Of a DNA stretch of 64,000 nucleotides, positions 18,968 through 28,873 are shown piece by piece. Within the stretch, counting starts at the first letter, position 1. Each line of letters opens with the position of its first letter. The stretch covers positions 136,904-200,903 of the IMG/VR virus record IMGVR_UViG_3300035698_013504; one strand, 5' to 3'. A model generated the notes under the pieces. It ran no database searches, was not told where the DNA came from, and was given only the letters and a program-made list of their open reading frames with translations. The DNA is from a virus. Its lineage: Duplodnaviria > Caudoviricetes. The position numbers and the translations under genes are program-made.

Positions 18968-19953
18968 GAGACCATCAGATACTTGGTTCAGATGGACAGC
19001 CGATCACTGACCCTGAGGACATCAACGTCTTGATGATCGAGGCAAAGCGAGCGTTGCAGGACAACGAAACAGCGTTGTTGGTTCATGCAATGACTCAGGC
19101 GCATCAGATCTATCAGTTCGCTAGAGCTGAGCTGGAGACAAAGAACCTATCCCCCGACGTGTTACAGGTACTTGTTGAGTCTTCGACAGGTAAGGCAACG
19201 AAGGGATTCACGATTCAGCAGTTGGTCAGAAGTCTTAAGAAGAAGACGGTTCCGTTTCTTGAGCACAAGATGGCCAACTTCCGCAAGGAAGAGAACAAGA
19301 GGAAGGAGCAAGCGAAGAAGATAGAACGCGCGCTTCCTCCTGTAGGTTTCCGTATGCCGCTGAAGTCTATGCAGGACAAGGTGGAGAGGTTTACGCTGTC
19401 GAGTGCCTTCGTCGTAGCAGGCAAGGATCATACTGGACAGATGGGTCTGCTTCAGCATACAGCGAAGCATTTCAAGGATCAAGAATACCGTGTTGCGTAT
19501 CTTAGCGGCGCGGACTATACCCCTGACAAGGGCGGCGTACCGTGGGCTACAATGCTCATGCCTGCGTCTTGGTGGGCAGGGGCTGCGGCTAGTGCCCAGA
19601 CGTTCGCAGAGGCGCTGGCCCCTGTTGCAGAGCAGGACATGCAGTTCCTTTTCGTCGAGAACCTCTCTGTGGCCTGTGGCGTACAGGACTCCTTCGAGTC
19701 TATGCGTGACTGGACGCAGCGTGCGATGGCTTTGCTCGTGTCGTGGTGTAAGTCGAAGCGGGTGGCCCTCTTTATGGGGCTGGACGTTTCACAGTGTGTG
19801 GACCCGGACAACCTCGAGACTGATTTCCCGTTTCTTGCTGACATACCCTATGTCGTAGCGAGATCCGGGGGTGTCGAGGGTACTGATGGTGTGTTGATGC
19901 ACGTCATCGTTGAGAATGACACAGTTCCACTGGAGGATGATGATGGCGAGTAG
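18964..19953 (+). CDS. Hypothetical protein
   Basis: GTG start behind GGAGG within ORF 18913-19953. Confidence 0.7.
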   Translation: MRDHQILGSDGQPITDPEDINVLMIEAKRALQDNETALLVHAMTQAHQIYQFARAELETKNLSPDVLQVLVESSTGKATKGFTIQQLVRSLKKKTVPFLEHKMANFRKEENKRKEQAKKIERALPPVGFRMPLKSMQDKVERFTLSSAFVVAGKDHTGQMGLLQHTAKHFKDQEYRVAYLSGADYTPDKGGVPWATMLMPASWWAGAAASAQTFAEALAPVAEQDMQFLFVENLSVACGVQDSFESMRDWTQRAMALLVSWCKSKRVALFMGLDVSQCVDPDNLETDFPFLADIPYVVARSGGVEGTDGVLMHVIVENDTVPLEDDDGE

Positions 19954-20566
19954 TGAAGCTCCCCTATTTCTTGGCTTTGTTACTGAGGCCCTGCCGGATT
20001 GGGCGTCGTACATTCCCCCGATTGTCGCCCCGTCGAATTACAAAGACGAGGTTAAGATCATGGCGTACATTGATAAGCGGCAGGACGAGCTGCTGTCTTC
20101 GGCGCACGTAGGTTCGCTTACCGGGCGTGTGACTGGCTTCTCGGCGGTCAATATTGATGGTGAGGTTATAGCCGAAGGATGTACCGCGGTTGACTTCACG
20201 AACATATTTGGTTCTGGGGGCACCCGGGAGATTCAGTGTGAGCACGCGGAAGATAACTTCTTTGGGTCTTTTCAAGTCCATTACATTGCCCCTGCGCTCG
20301 TAGGCTTTGGGCTGAAGGACCGGCTGCGGCAACTATCTATCCAGTTAGCGGCTGACGGAATCCTGCCGCCCACGTGGATGTGGCAAGTACCGGTGTTCAA
20401 CTCGTTCGCTTATGGTATCGTCGACCCGCTTCGTATAGCCGATTGTGGCATAGACGAGCTTCCGGCCTTGCTGTACCGTCTTGGTGTTGACCAGGATCGG
20501 TTTGACTTTTCCACCCCTGTCGGTTACGCACAGGCGGCAAGGATTATCTATGGGAGGTTTGTGTAA
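19943..20566 (+). CDS. PolB-type 3'-5' exonuclease-like protein, probably degenerate
   Basis: APSNYKDEVKIMAYI...LTGRV and LVGFG resemble stand-alone PolB-like exonucleases, but the first DxE is replaced (FVTEAL). Confidence 0.45.
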   Translation: MASSEAPLFLGFVTEALPDWASYIPPIVAPSNYKDEVKIMAYIDKRQDELLSSAHVGSLTGRVTGFSAVNIDGEVIAEGCTAVDFTNIFGSGGTREIQCEHAEDNFFGSFQVHYIAPALVGFGLKDRLRQLSIQLAADGILPPTWMWQVPVFNSFAYGIVDPLRIADCGIDELPALLYRLGVDQDRFDFSTPVGYAQAARIIYGRFV

Positions 20567-20567
20567 C

Positions 20568-21194
20568 ATGACAGAGCCTGTACAGATGCGTCAGAAGGGC
20601 GAGCCTGACCCGGTGAAGTCCCCTGACAAGAGTATCAAAGGTGTTCGTACTCTCGCTGACCTTCGTAGCGAAGGTTACAGACCGTTCTCCATATCGTTGC
20701 TACACGCCTACGCTGGTGTGGACTTCGACATCGTTGCCCGGTTTGCCGAGGAGAGCAAGGAGACCGTAAGGTCTATGGCTATTAACTTTCCCTTCCCCCT
20801 CTTCAGTGTTGATAGCGAGTGGACTCGTCTATTGCATATCATCAACGAAGATGTGTGGGAGACGTTCAGGGCATTCATGATGGGTGTCGTGTTCGCCAAT
20901 ACTCCCGAGCAGGAGTATTGGAAGGCCACGCCCGCGCTGGGTACGCTTCAGGACCCGTTCGCGAGGATGACGAACCCGACGGAGGAGCCGGAACGTTGTT
21001 CGTTAGACGTGCTGCTCCCCATCGGCAACAAGCGGAGTCTTGGTATTATCCCCCACACCATTGAGGTTGAGGACGCCGAGGCGCCGGTCAGGATCGTACA
21101 AATACCTACATCGATCACCTTGCAGTGGGGTCCGCCGGATCCCCGGGTTGTCGAGGAGGCTAAGGCCGTGTTTAGCACAGGAGACTTACAGTGA
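20568..21194 (+). CDS. Hypothetical protein
   Basis: ATG just after the previous stop, within ORF 20481-21194. Confidence 0.65.
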   Translation: MTEPVQMRQKGEPDPVKSPDKSIKGVRTLADLRSEGYRPFSISLLHAYAGVDFDIVARFAEESKETVRSMAINFPFPLFSVDSEWTRLLHIINEDVWETFRAFMMGVVFANTPEQEYWKATPALGTLQDPFARMTNPTEEPERCSLDVLLPIGNKRSLGIIPHTIEVEDAEAPVRIVQIPTSITLQWGPPDPRVVEEAKAVFSTGDLQ

Positions 21195-21478
21195 ACCTCG
21201 TTATCGCAATGCCGGACAGCATCGACGCTGGAAACGCCGTAGTTGTAAACCCCGACCTTGAGGCCGACAGTCAGGCTCTCGGGTCGCACCATGAAATTCA
21301 CATGGAGCCCATCTTCTACTCGAAGACGGCGCTTGTGAACGGGCCGTCTATCAGGCTGGTGGACGACGACGGTAAGATCATCTTTGCCGGTGTCCTCCGT
21401 ATCTCTGGTAAGACTGGACAGATGTCTCTTGAGAGACGTATGAACCCGGTCAAGCCCGCGATCGTATCCGGCGAATGA
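21191..21478 (+). CDS. Hypothetical protein
   Basis: GTGA coupling. Confidence 0.6.
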   Translation: MNLVIAMPDSIDAGNAVVVNPDLEADSQALGSHHEIHMEPIFYSKTALVNGPSIRLVDDDGKIIFAGVLRISGKTGQMSLERRMNPVKPAIVSGE

Positions 21479-22119
21479 TCAAATACGCGCACGTGCGTGA
21501 GATCGACGAGGGGGTGGAGGTTGTCGGTATATCCGGCGAGCCACCCGATGAGACGTTCAGGGTGTTGTCTTCGTGGAAGACGGCAGACGAGGCCATATCT
21601 ATCCTAGAGCTTAATGGGTGGAGTCGTGTTTGGTCCTCAGGTAAGTCTACCGGCCTTGTAGGTCCGCGGCTGTGGTGTCCTCCGGTAATGGGCCCTTCAT
21701 TGGGTTCTTTGCCGGGGGTGCCCACTGCCTGCGTTCCCGTATCGTTCCTTGAAGCTTGTCCGTTCCCTGTTCACTCCGTGCATATTCCAGAGGTGAACCA
21801 TACGTATGATATCTTCCCGGAGATTGTTGAAGTTTTGGATCGCCGGTATGGTGCTATGTTTGGGTTCACTTACGGCGTGTCATCACTTATGGACATGTCA
21901 TCTTCACTTGGCTATGGCCCTGTGCTTAACGCTGTGAGTCAGCGTGTTGGTGTAGGTATTCGTGCGATTGGTATTTGGTTTCGGCCCGAGGATGCTCAAA
22001 CGGCCGCGTATAAGTACTTTGACAATTTGATCAGGAGAGACACAGATGGGAGTTTCTATGCGGAGGTTCGTGCGTACATTCACCGAAACGCGTTATCAGA
22101 CGCTGACCCCGGGGGGTGA
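21475..22119 (+). CDS. Hypothetical protein
   Basis: ATGA coupling. Confidence 0.65.
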   Translation: MIKYAHVREIDEGVEVVGISGEPPDETFRVLSSWKTADEAISILELNGWSRVWSSGKSTGLVGPRLWCPPVMGPSLGSLPGVPTACVPVSFLEACPFPVHSVHIPEVNHTYDIFPEIVEVLDRRYGAMFGFTYGVSSLMDMSSSLGYGPVLNAVSQRVGVGIRAIGIWFRPEDAQTAAYKYFDNLIRRDTDGSFYAEVRAYIHRNALSDADPGG

Positions 22120-22567
22120 CGAGCAGCAGTGGCGTACAGAGACGTCGACGGATTCGATTGACAACCAGGTCAACAAGTGGCTGTCTGAGGAGGATGCGAT
22201 CATCATCTCGATTCAGCCAGAGACAAACATATCCGTCAGGAACACAGGTCCCGGCGAGATCGGGCAGAGGACAGTCAGGCTCCGGTATGTCGTATTGTAC
22301 ATGCCTGCTGACAAGTACTTTGAGTCCGAGACTCATCTGCGTCAAGCCACGCTGGCTGGTGTTGTTCAGGGCTTGCCTGTTGCACCACAGCCGCTAGCAC
22401 CCATGACAGCCCCGGAGCGTACGGTAGTCGTATCGGACCCCGCGCCACCGCAGCAAGCCCCGAGGATGTTCCCCGGTATGCCCATCGAGGTTGTTCCCGT
22501 ACCCTCAACGCCTCAGGCCCCCCCACCGCCGCTATCTACGCAAGGCGCTATCGTAGCGGGCGGGTAG
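22046..22567 (+). CDS. Hypothetical protein with Pro-rich C-terminus
   Basis: ORF track. Confidence 0.6.
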   Translation: MGVSMRRFVRTFTETRYQTLTPGGDEQQWRTETSTDSIDNQVNKWLSEEDAIIISIQPETNISVRNTGPGEIGQRTVRLRYVVLYMPADKYFESETHLRQATLAGVVQGLPVAPQPLAPMTAPERTVVVSDPAPPQQAPRMFPGMPIEVVPVPSTPQAPPPPLSTQGAIVAGG

Positions 22568-22606
22568 ATGTTCAACACCGCAATCTTTGTTACATGAGAA
22601 GGAGTA

Positions 22607-22948
22607 ATGATGGCAGACAAAAAGTTCTGGATGGTGCTCGTAGGCGATGATGACCCGGTGTGTATCGGGATCAACTCCGAGGAAGAGCTTCAGAAAGCTA
22701 TACGTACTAGAGTGCTCGAGGCTGTAGAACCTCTGTGGGCATTTGTCTTTGACGGTGAGAAGTTAAAGATTCAGAATCCCCTGGCGTCCTGCACGGTTAC
22801 CGGCGCAGGCGTTAACATGGAGATCAAAGGTGTAGGGGCCGGTCAAGCTGACGACGATTTGTTCGTCCCGATGAGGTATGTACGAGATGTTGCCACTAGA
22901 GAAGCCCCCGACGATGTCCCCCCTCCTGAAGACTCTGACGGAGAATAA
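22607..22948 (+). CDS. Hypothetical protein
   Basis: RBS AAGGAG. Confidence 0.65.
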   Translation: MMADKKFWMVLVGDDDPVCIGINSEEELQKAIRTRVLEAVEPLWAFVFDGEKLKIQNPLASCTVTGAGVNMEIKGVGAGQADDDLFVPMRYVRDVATREAPDDVPPPEDSDGE

Positions 22949-23762
22949 GATACGCGAGATAGCCGGGAGGTACACGGGGAACCGCCCCTTCCAAGTTCGA
23001 AGCTCTAAGGCGCGCGTCGACCCAGATGACCCAGACCGCGTTATTATCGATGTCGAGTTCATGCCCGTACTAGATCACATCACTGTCGATTTCACTATAG
23101 ATGAGCCTACCATGACAACATTCGAGGGAGTACAACCCGGCGAGCAATGCTGGATATCTCTAACGGAAGGATTTGGGTGGTATACGGCGCAGGTTGGTCC
23201 TCGTGCCGAGTCCCTAGCGACAGCAACGACGATGCATTTGGGGGAGGAGCGTGTATTGACATTACGCGATCTCCGCTCACAGATGCCCGGACGAACCCCG
23301 GAGACGAAGCTGTGGTACGACATATATGACAGGAGACTCGCTGAGGGCAATCAGCGAGACCCTTTCTCAGGATCAGATACTTTCCAGTACGAGAACAGGA
23401 CCCTGAAGGTTTGGGTGAAGTGCGAGGATGAAACTGTTTATGTTTGCACGTGTCATGTATATGACATAGAGGGAAAGACTTTCGATGGCGCACAGCGGGT
23501 AGTTCTTATCGGCGGCCACCCGCTGGTTAGTAACTCGTCGTTGACTAATGGGATGTTTGACGATATGTCCGTTCCAGCGTGGGCTACTAACGCGTTGTCG
23601 GCGAACCAGAACTCGGTGTCGGATATGCAATCAACACCACGTAAGCGCAGCAACGTCTTTGCCGACTACTTTCGACAGGCGGCTAAGTCACGTCTGTACC
23701 AAACGGTATTCGGGCCACCTAAGCTGGAGCGACAAGACCAACGAGTTAAGACAACTGAATAG
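22878..23762 (+). CDS. Hypothetical protein
   Basis: Long ORF; start uncertain. Confidence 0.6.
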   Translation: MYEMLPLEKPPTMSPLLKTLTENKIREIAGRYTGNRPFQVRSSKARVDPDDPDRVIIDVEFMPVLDHITVDFTIDEPTMTTFEGVQPGEQCWISLTEGFGWYTAQVGPRAESLATATTMHLGEERVLTLRDLRSQMPGRTPETKLWYDIYDRRLAEGNQRDPFSGSDTFQYENRTLKVWVKCEDETVYVCTCHVYDIEGKTFDGAQRVVLIGGHPLVSNSSLTNGMFDDMSVPAWATNALSANQNSVSDMQSTPRKRSNVFADYFRQAAKSRLYQTVFGPPKLERQDQRVKTTE

Positions 23763-23823
23763 GAGTGCGGCTGGCCGTTACTATAGAGTGTAAAGGTCAG
23801 CTGTTAGCTCTGACCGTTTTCGC

Positions 23824-23860
23824 AGCCGCGGTGGTGGTCACCGTGGCTTCTCTTTTTGTT
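23824..23860 (+). terminator. Intrinsic terminator
   Basis: AGCCGCGGTG/CACCGTGGCT stem followed by TCTCTTTTTGTT. Confidence 0.75.
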
Positions 23861-23876
23861 GTCGGTCTCTTGGAGG

Positions 23877-24944
23877 ATGTTGCCTATGCAGGATGTACTG
23901 GATAAGGCCCGCGAGCTGTGCGCGGACGAGGCTCTCTTCGGCATTTACGAGCGAGATCCCGTGCCGGGCGCCAGCATCGTTCCGTGTCAGGACGTCGTTG
24001 TCGTTTGCCTCGAGAACTCGGTTGGGGTACCCAAGGTGCATTGCTACCCCTTCGTTAACTTGGGTGATCACGTGCTCGTCGGTGGACAAGCTGGCAAGAT
24101 CCCCACCGGCAAGTACAAGGGCTGTTTCTTCGAGAAGGGCCGAGAGCCTTCCGATACTGGCGGCGCCAAGCTTATGGCCGCTGGCGTAACAAAGCGACTC
24201 GCTATGGGCACGACCTCTGACTCGTTCAGAGAAAACTCCATGGCGGATAGTACGCTGTTCACGTGGGTGTACGACATGGTCGAGGAGCACCAAAACACTC
24301 CCAAGGTCCGCGAGTTCTCGGTTCCAGAGTGCTACATCTGCGCTGATGACACCAACGACCTGATCCCGGGTCGTAGCGTCAATCACCGCGTGCTGCGGGC
24401 CTCGCAGTTCGGCACCGTCGATGGAGTGCCCACCGCACCCGAGGCTGGACTCATTGAAAAGCATACAAAGGCAGGCGTCGTCCTTAATGGTACGCTGATC
24501 GAAGCTGATTCAAGCGTGCTTGAAGGTAGGGCCGAGCCCGTATTTGGCCAGACGTCTATCGCGCTGTACCCTCTGCCCAAGGTGGGCGAGCGGGTCAAGC
24601 AGGGTCAGGCGTTGTTCACGCCGTTCCCCACAGACCCCCAGATTCAGACGAGTGCCGAAGTTGACCAGATGCCGAACGCGAGAGTGTTACGGTGGTTGGT
24701 CATGCAGGACTCGTTGATCGGCTACGACGGCATGACGCTCGCGCCGTTATCGTGTATCAGCCCGGAAAGTTCTACCGGGGAGAAGTTCGTGGATGTCGAG
24801 TGTGCACGCCTGTCGCGTGTCAGCTTGTCTTTCAACCCTCGAACCGATCCGCTGTGGATGCGTGACGACGTTGGCGTTGAGATGAACTTCAGGTACCCCT
24901 GGCACCGTAAGTTCATCATTGCTGCAGACAGGGCGAAACGTTAA
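23877..24944 (+). CDS. Hypothetical protein with barrel-sandwich hybrid-like motif
   Basis: LRASQFGTVDGV and PKVGERVKQGQALF; start uncertain within ORF 23856-24944. Confidence 0.6.
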   Translation: MLPMQDVLDKARELCADEALFGIYERDPVPGASIVPCQDVVVVCLENSVGVPKVHCYPFVNLGDHVLVGGQAGKIPTGKYKGCFFEKGREPSDTGGAKLMAAGVTKRLAMGTTSDSFRENSMADSTLFTWVYDMVEEHQNTPKVREFSVPECYICADDTNDLIPGRSVNHRVLRASQFGTVDGVPTAPEAGLIEKHTKAGVVLNGTLIEADSSVLEGRAEPVFGQTSIALYPLPKVGERVKQGQALFTPFPTDPQIQTSAEVDQMPNARVLRWLVMQDSLIGYDGMTLAPLSCISPESSTGEKFVDVECARLSRVSLSFNPRTDPLWMRDDVGVEMNFRYPWHRKFIIAADRAKR

Positions 24945-25015
24945 GCGCAGTAACCCTGCGCCTCTATGAAAGCAGGTCAACATTTTTGTTGGCCTGTTTT
25001 TTAGCTCTTGAGTTG

Positions 25016-25049
25016 TTGACATATTAGCATGGTTGCTGCTAAACTTGTC
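25016..25049 (+). promoter_or_regulatory. Sigma70-type promoter TTGACA-N15-TGn-TAAACT
   Basis: TTGACA 25016-25021, TGC TAAACT 25037-25045 followed by TGTC, as at 9328. Confidence 0.7.
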
Positions 25050-25081
25050 GAGTAGGGATACGAGTTATAGGAGATACAGGT

Positions 25082-25705
25082 ATGCCGAGCGGAGGCCCGG
25101 AACACTATTTTGGCGAAGAGCGTGAGACGACGTACGGTAAGGGGATAGCTGGTGGAACCCGAATACCCTCAGCCGAGCCCGGCACTGGCGGCGGATCTTT
25201 AGGGTTTGACCCGCACGTGGCCCAGCCTTATACGGTGGTTGATCTTAGTGGCGACGCCCCAAAGGTCGTTGCTACAGTTGACCGCACTACACCAGAGCCC
25301 CAACCAGAGCCTCAACCAGAGGCCGAGGCCGAAGACGCCCAGGAGGGGGTGTCGAGACAGTCTACAGCGGATGACCACGCCACATCTGTTGCTCCGCCCC
25401 CTCCGCCCCCTTTACCGGCTGTTCCCGCGGCGCAACCAGAGCCTGCGGCCGCACCTAAACAGGCGGAGAAGGTGACGTTTCTTGACTTCGGGGAACTCAC
25501 GGTTCCGTACGACTCCGTCTTTATTGATGGCATGTGTCTGGTTTTGGTGTATGATAGGGGGAACGAGGTTACGTTTGATCCTCCGGTAAACGACGAACCC
25601 CTTAGTCTGCGTTACGCCGGTCGAAATTTTAAGGCGTATTCGAGTGGTGTCCGCTTTGTGGAGCCTGGGACCAGTAGAGTTTTTACGGTCCTGTTGATAG
25701 AATGA
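25082..25705 (+). CDS. Hypothetical protein (possibly virion assembly)
   Basis: RBS GGAG; Pro/Glu-rich linker; upstream of the portal-like gene. Confidence 0.7.
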   Translation: MPSGGPEHYFGEERETTYGKGIAGGTRIPSAEPGTGGGSLGFDPHVAQPYTVVDLSGDAPKVVATVDRTTPEPQPEPQPEAEAEDAQEGVSRQSTADDHATSVAPPPPPPLPAVPAAQPEPAAAPKQAEKVTFLDFGELTVPYDSVFIDGMCLVLVYDRGNEVTFDPPVNDEPLSLRYAGRNFKAYSSGVRFVEPGTSRVFTVLLIE

Positions 25706-25917
25706 GTATTGACAAAGATGGATCGACTCACGTCGGAGTAACTCCCTGCGAGGGTTGCGGTGAGCCCTCTACCGGCCGTGACGATAAAGGCCGGGCTCTT
25801 TGTGCCCGTTGTTTGACGCTTGAAAAATCCAGTGGCGTACTGGATGGACCCGCAGGTTCTTTGCGAACTGCGGGAGAAGACCTGGCCGTAAAACACACCG
25901 AGGGAAGTAATGGCTGA
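25702..25917 (+). CDS. Small Zn-finger protein
   Basis: CEGC...CARC; coupled on both sides. Confidence 0.6.
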   Translation: MSIDKDGSTHVGVTPCEGCGEPSTGRDDKGRALCARCLTLEKSSGVLDGPAGSLRTAGEDLAVKHTEGSNG

Positions 25918-27754
25918 TAATTTCCCGCTGTTTTCAAACCAGTCGGGGGGCGAAACAAACGCGATTGATCGCTACTCCGCTGAGTTCGGTAACCCCTTTT
26001 ACCACTACGCCACGAGCGCCATGCCCAACAAGCTCGATGACGTATTCAAGCTTGCCGAGCACATGTGGCTGACCGACGCTACCTTCAAACGCGGCATGCA
26101 ACGCGTTGTACGCTACTTCTTGACCTCTGTAGAGCTCAAGGATGTGGAAGCGGACGAGAAGGAGAAGTGGGACGAGTTCCTCTATGAAACCCTTGACATA
26201 ACCTCGCAGGCTGCGCTCGTGGGCGATGACTTTGTGGGGTATGGCAACAGCTTTACCTCGATCTATGTACCCTTCCGCCGCTACCTTGTCTGCCCCAAGT
26301 GTTACGTTCACCGGCCAATTGAGCGCGTGGACTACAAGTTCACCAACTTCAAGTTCATGGCGACGTGCCCGGCGTGTCAGTACAAGGGCGCGCTGAAGCG
26401 TATTGATCGTAGGACGGCTGAACAGGACAAGCTCAAGGTAATCAGATGGCCGGTGCAAGAGATGCGCCTACTGCACAACCCGATCAGCCAAGCGACCTGT
26501 TACGAGTGGCAGGTAAGCGCCACGATGAAGAAGAACATCGAGGCTGGCACAAATCACTACATCAATACGACACCTTGGGAGATCATTGATACGGTCAGGC
26601 GGAAGAAGACTCTGTTCCGCTTCAACCCGAAGATCATCTATCATATGAAAGAGGACTCCCTTGCTGGCGTACCTCTTTACGGCTGGGGCCTACCGCCTAT
26701 CCTGTCGAGCTTTAAGCAGGCATGGGTGCGCCAGATCCTCCGAAGGTACAACGAAGCCATTGCGATGGACTATATCGTTCCCTTCCGCCTGCTGACACCC
26801 GGCAAAGGATCACCAGCCGCCGACCCCCTTATTCACCAGGACCTTGGTAATTTCGTCAATAACATCATGGGGCAGATCAAGCAGCACCGCAAGGATCCCA
26901 CCTCGTGGCACGTTGTTCCTCACCCGGTTGACTACATGGCGATCGGCGGAGAAGCCAAGGACTTGGCCCCGACAGAACTCATCCAGTTTGAGGACGACGA
27001 GCTCCTCAACGGTCTTGGTATCCCCGCAGAGCTTTACCGCGGTACGATCCAGGTGCAAGCGGCCCCTACAGCCCTGCGCCTGTTTGAACGTACATGGACC
27101 TACTACGTCAGCGCGCAGAACGCATGGTTGCGCTGGTTGATCGATAGTTGTGCAGACCTTCTTAGCTGGGAACGTGTTGGCGGCAGATGGCAGCCGGTCA
27201 CCCTTGCCGAGGACATGGAGAAGAAGCAGGTGCAGCTCCAGCTCGCCGCAGGTATGCAGATTTCACGCGGTACGGCCTATGCCCCGTTTGGCATCGACTA
27301 CCGCGAGGAGATCCGCCGGATGTTCCAGGAAGAGCGCTTCTACCAAGACGAACAGAAGCGGTTCGAAGAGGAACAGGGCCAGCGACAGGAGATGGAGCAG
27401 CAGATGTCCACAGGAGGCCAACAGGGCGGCATGGGCGGCGGTATGATGCCACCTGGCGGCGGTATGATGCCGGGTATGCCTGCTGGCGCACCGGGATCGA
27501 TGGGCGCACCCATGGGTGGAGGGGGAGGCGCAGTCACACCGGAAGCGCTTTCAGCCCAGGCAGAAGAGCTCGCATACCAAATGCTCGCCATGCCGTATGA
27601 GTCTCGGCGGTCTCAGCTCTCCGATATCAAGGGGAGCAATCGTGAGCTACACGCCCTCACGATGGCTAAAATGCAGGAGATACGAGATCAGGCCGCAAGT
27701 GAGGGCAAGCAAGAGAAGTTACAGCAGCTTCAAGGTCAAGGCGCGGTTATGTAA
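25910..27754 (+). CDS. Probable portal protein with inserted Zn ribbon and Gly/Met-rich tail
   Basis: 614 aa; LVGDDFVGYGNSF, IYHMKE, YGWGLPPI, LLNGLGIP, LRLFE pattern resembling large-phage portals; CPKC...CPAC insert. Confidence 0.65.
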   Translation: MADNFPLFSNQSGGETNAIDRYSAEFGNPFYHYATSAMPNKLDDVFKLAEHMWLTDATFKRGMQRVVRYFLTSVELKDVEADEKEKWDEFLYETLDITSQAALVGDDFVGYGNSFTSIYVPFRRYLVCPKCYVHRPIERVDYKFTNFKFMATCPACQYKGALKRIDRRTAEQDKLKVIRWPVQEMRLLHNPISQATCYEWQVSATMKKNIEAGTNHYINTTPWEIIDTVRRKKTLFRFNPKIIYHMKEDSLAGVPLYGWGLPPILSSFKQAWVRQILRRYNEAIAMDYIVPFRLLTPGKGSPAADPLIHQDLGNFVNNIMGQIKQHRKDPTSWHVVPHPVDYMAIGGEAKDLAPTELIQFEDDELLNGLGIPAELYRGTIQVQAAPTALRLFERTWTYYVSAQNAWLRWLIDSCADLLSWERVGGRWQPVTLAEDMEKKQVQLQLAAGMQISRGTAYAPFGIDYREEIRRMFQEERFYQDEQKRFEEEQGQRQEMEQQMSTGGQQGGMGGGMMPPGGGMMPGMPAGAPGSMGAPMGGGGGAVTPEALSAQAEELAYQMLAMPYESRRSQLSDIKGSNRELHALTMAKMQEIRDQAASEGKQEKLQQLQGQGAVM

Positions 27755-27788
27755 GGCACTCGGTACGATGCGTACTGATAGGAAAGTT

Positions 27789-28871
27789 ATGGCACAAGAC
27801 CTCCAAGAATGTCGGCAGGACATATCTGAACTCCGCGAGATATCTACACGGGTAGCCTCTGAGATGCGCCTGCGTAAAGAAGCTGAAGAGAGGTTTCGCG
27901 CCCTCTTTGAGCAGGGCGTGCACGCGATGGCTCTTATCAGCGTACCCGAGCTGAGGTTTGTCGAAGTGAACAGCACGGTGTCGACGCTGCTGGGGTACAC
28001 GAAGGACGAGCTACTGGGGCTGACCCTTTTCGACATTGAGGGTAATGAGACACCAGACGAGATCAAGGAGCACGCTAACTCTGTTGTCCGCATGGGCGGC
28101 CGTATTCGCGACTTCCAGACAAAGCATATACGCTCTGACGGCGACATTCGCGACGTACATGTTCGCGTGCGGTGTACCGAGTTAGGCGGGGTAGCGTACC
28201 TCCAGGCAAGCTGGAAGGATATCACGGACATCAAGCGATCGTTGGGCAGACAGGAATTGGCGCTTGAGGTTCTAAAGGTGCTCAACAACTCACCTCCAAC
28301 CAATGGTGCCATCCCAAAGCTCACGTTGCTTGTTAAGGACTTCATGAGCTTTGAGGCTGTGGGGGTCAGGCTGGTTAGTGGGGACGATTATCCATATTAT
28401 GCACACATCGGCTTCCCGCCAAAGTTCATTACGAAGGAGGACAGCTTATGCGCGATAGATTCTGACGGTAAGGTAGTTCGCGCGGAGGATGGCAGCGTCA
28501 TGTTAGAATGCGTTTGTGGCGCTGTTATATCCGGCGATACGAAACAGCACTGCTGTGAATACTTCACAGTTACGGGTAGCTTTTTCACGAACAGCACGAC
28601 CGATCTTATTGAGAGCGGCGGCATACCTACATTGACGTGCGCGCGTAATACGTGTCACGAACACGGGTATGAGTCTGTTGCCGTTATCCCGCTTCGTCAT
28701 GCTGGTGGTATCATAGGCGCGTTGCATATCGCGGATACACGCAGAGACCTGTTTAACCTCGAACTCATATTGTTCCTTGAGTCCGTGGCGAACTCAGTGG
28801 GGATTGCTTTCGCGAGAGATCAGTACATCTTGCGACTCCAAGCACAGTTAGACGCAATAAAGGGTGCGTAG
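27789..28871 (+). CDS. Coiled coil-PAS-GAF protein without output domain
   Basis: EERFRALFEQ...VEVN...LLGYTKDELLGLTLFDI (PAS); GYESVAVIPLR...IIGALHIAD (GAF); stop follows directly. Confidence 0.85.
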   Translation: MAQDLQECRQDISELREISTRVASEMRLRKEAEERFRALFEQGVHAMALISVPELRFVEVNSTVSTLLGYTKDELLGLTLFDIEGNETPDEIKEHANSVVRMGGRIRDFQTKHIRSDGDIRDVHVRVRCTELGGVAYLQASWKDITDIKRSLGRQELALEVLKVLNNSPPTNGAIPKLTLLVKDFMSFEAVGVRLVSGDDYPYYAHIGFPPKFITKEDSLCAIDSDGKVVRAEDGSVMLECVCGAVISGDTKQHCCEYFTVTGSFFTNSTTDLIESGGIPTLTCARNTCHEHGYESVAVIPLRHAGGIIGALHIADTRRDLFNLELILFLESVANSVGIAFARDQYILRLQAQLDAIKGA

Positions 28872-28873
28872 TT

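Noticed and set aside
22878-23110. Tail-sheath C-terminal-like segment (DPDRVIIDVEFMPVLDHITVDF)
   Set aside because: The resemblance is short, and the rest of the ORF and its context do not support a sheath gene.
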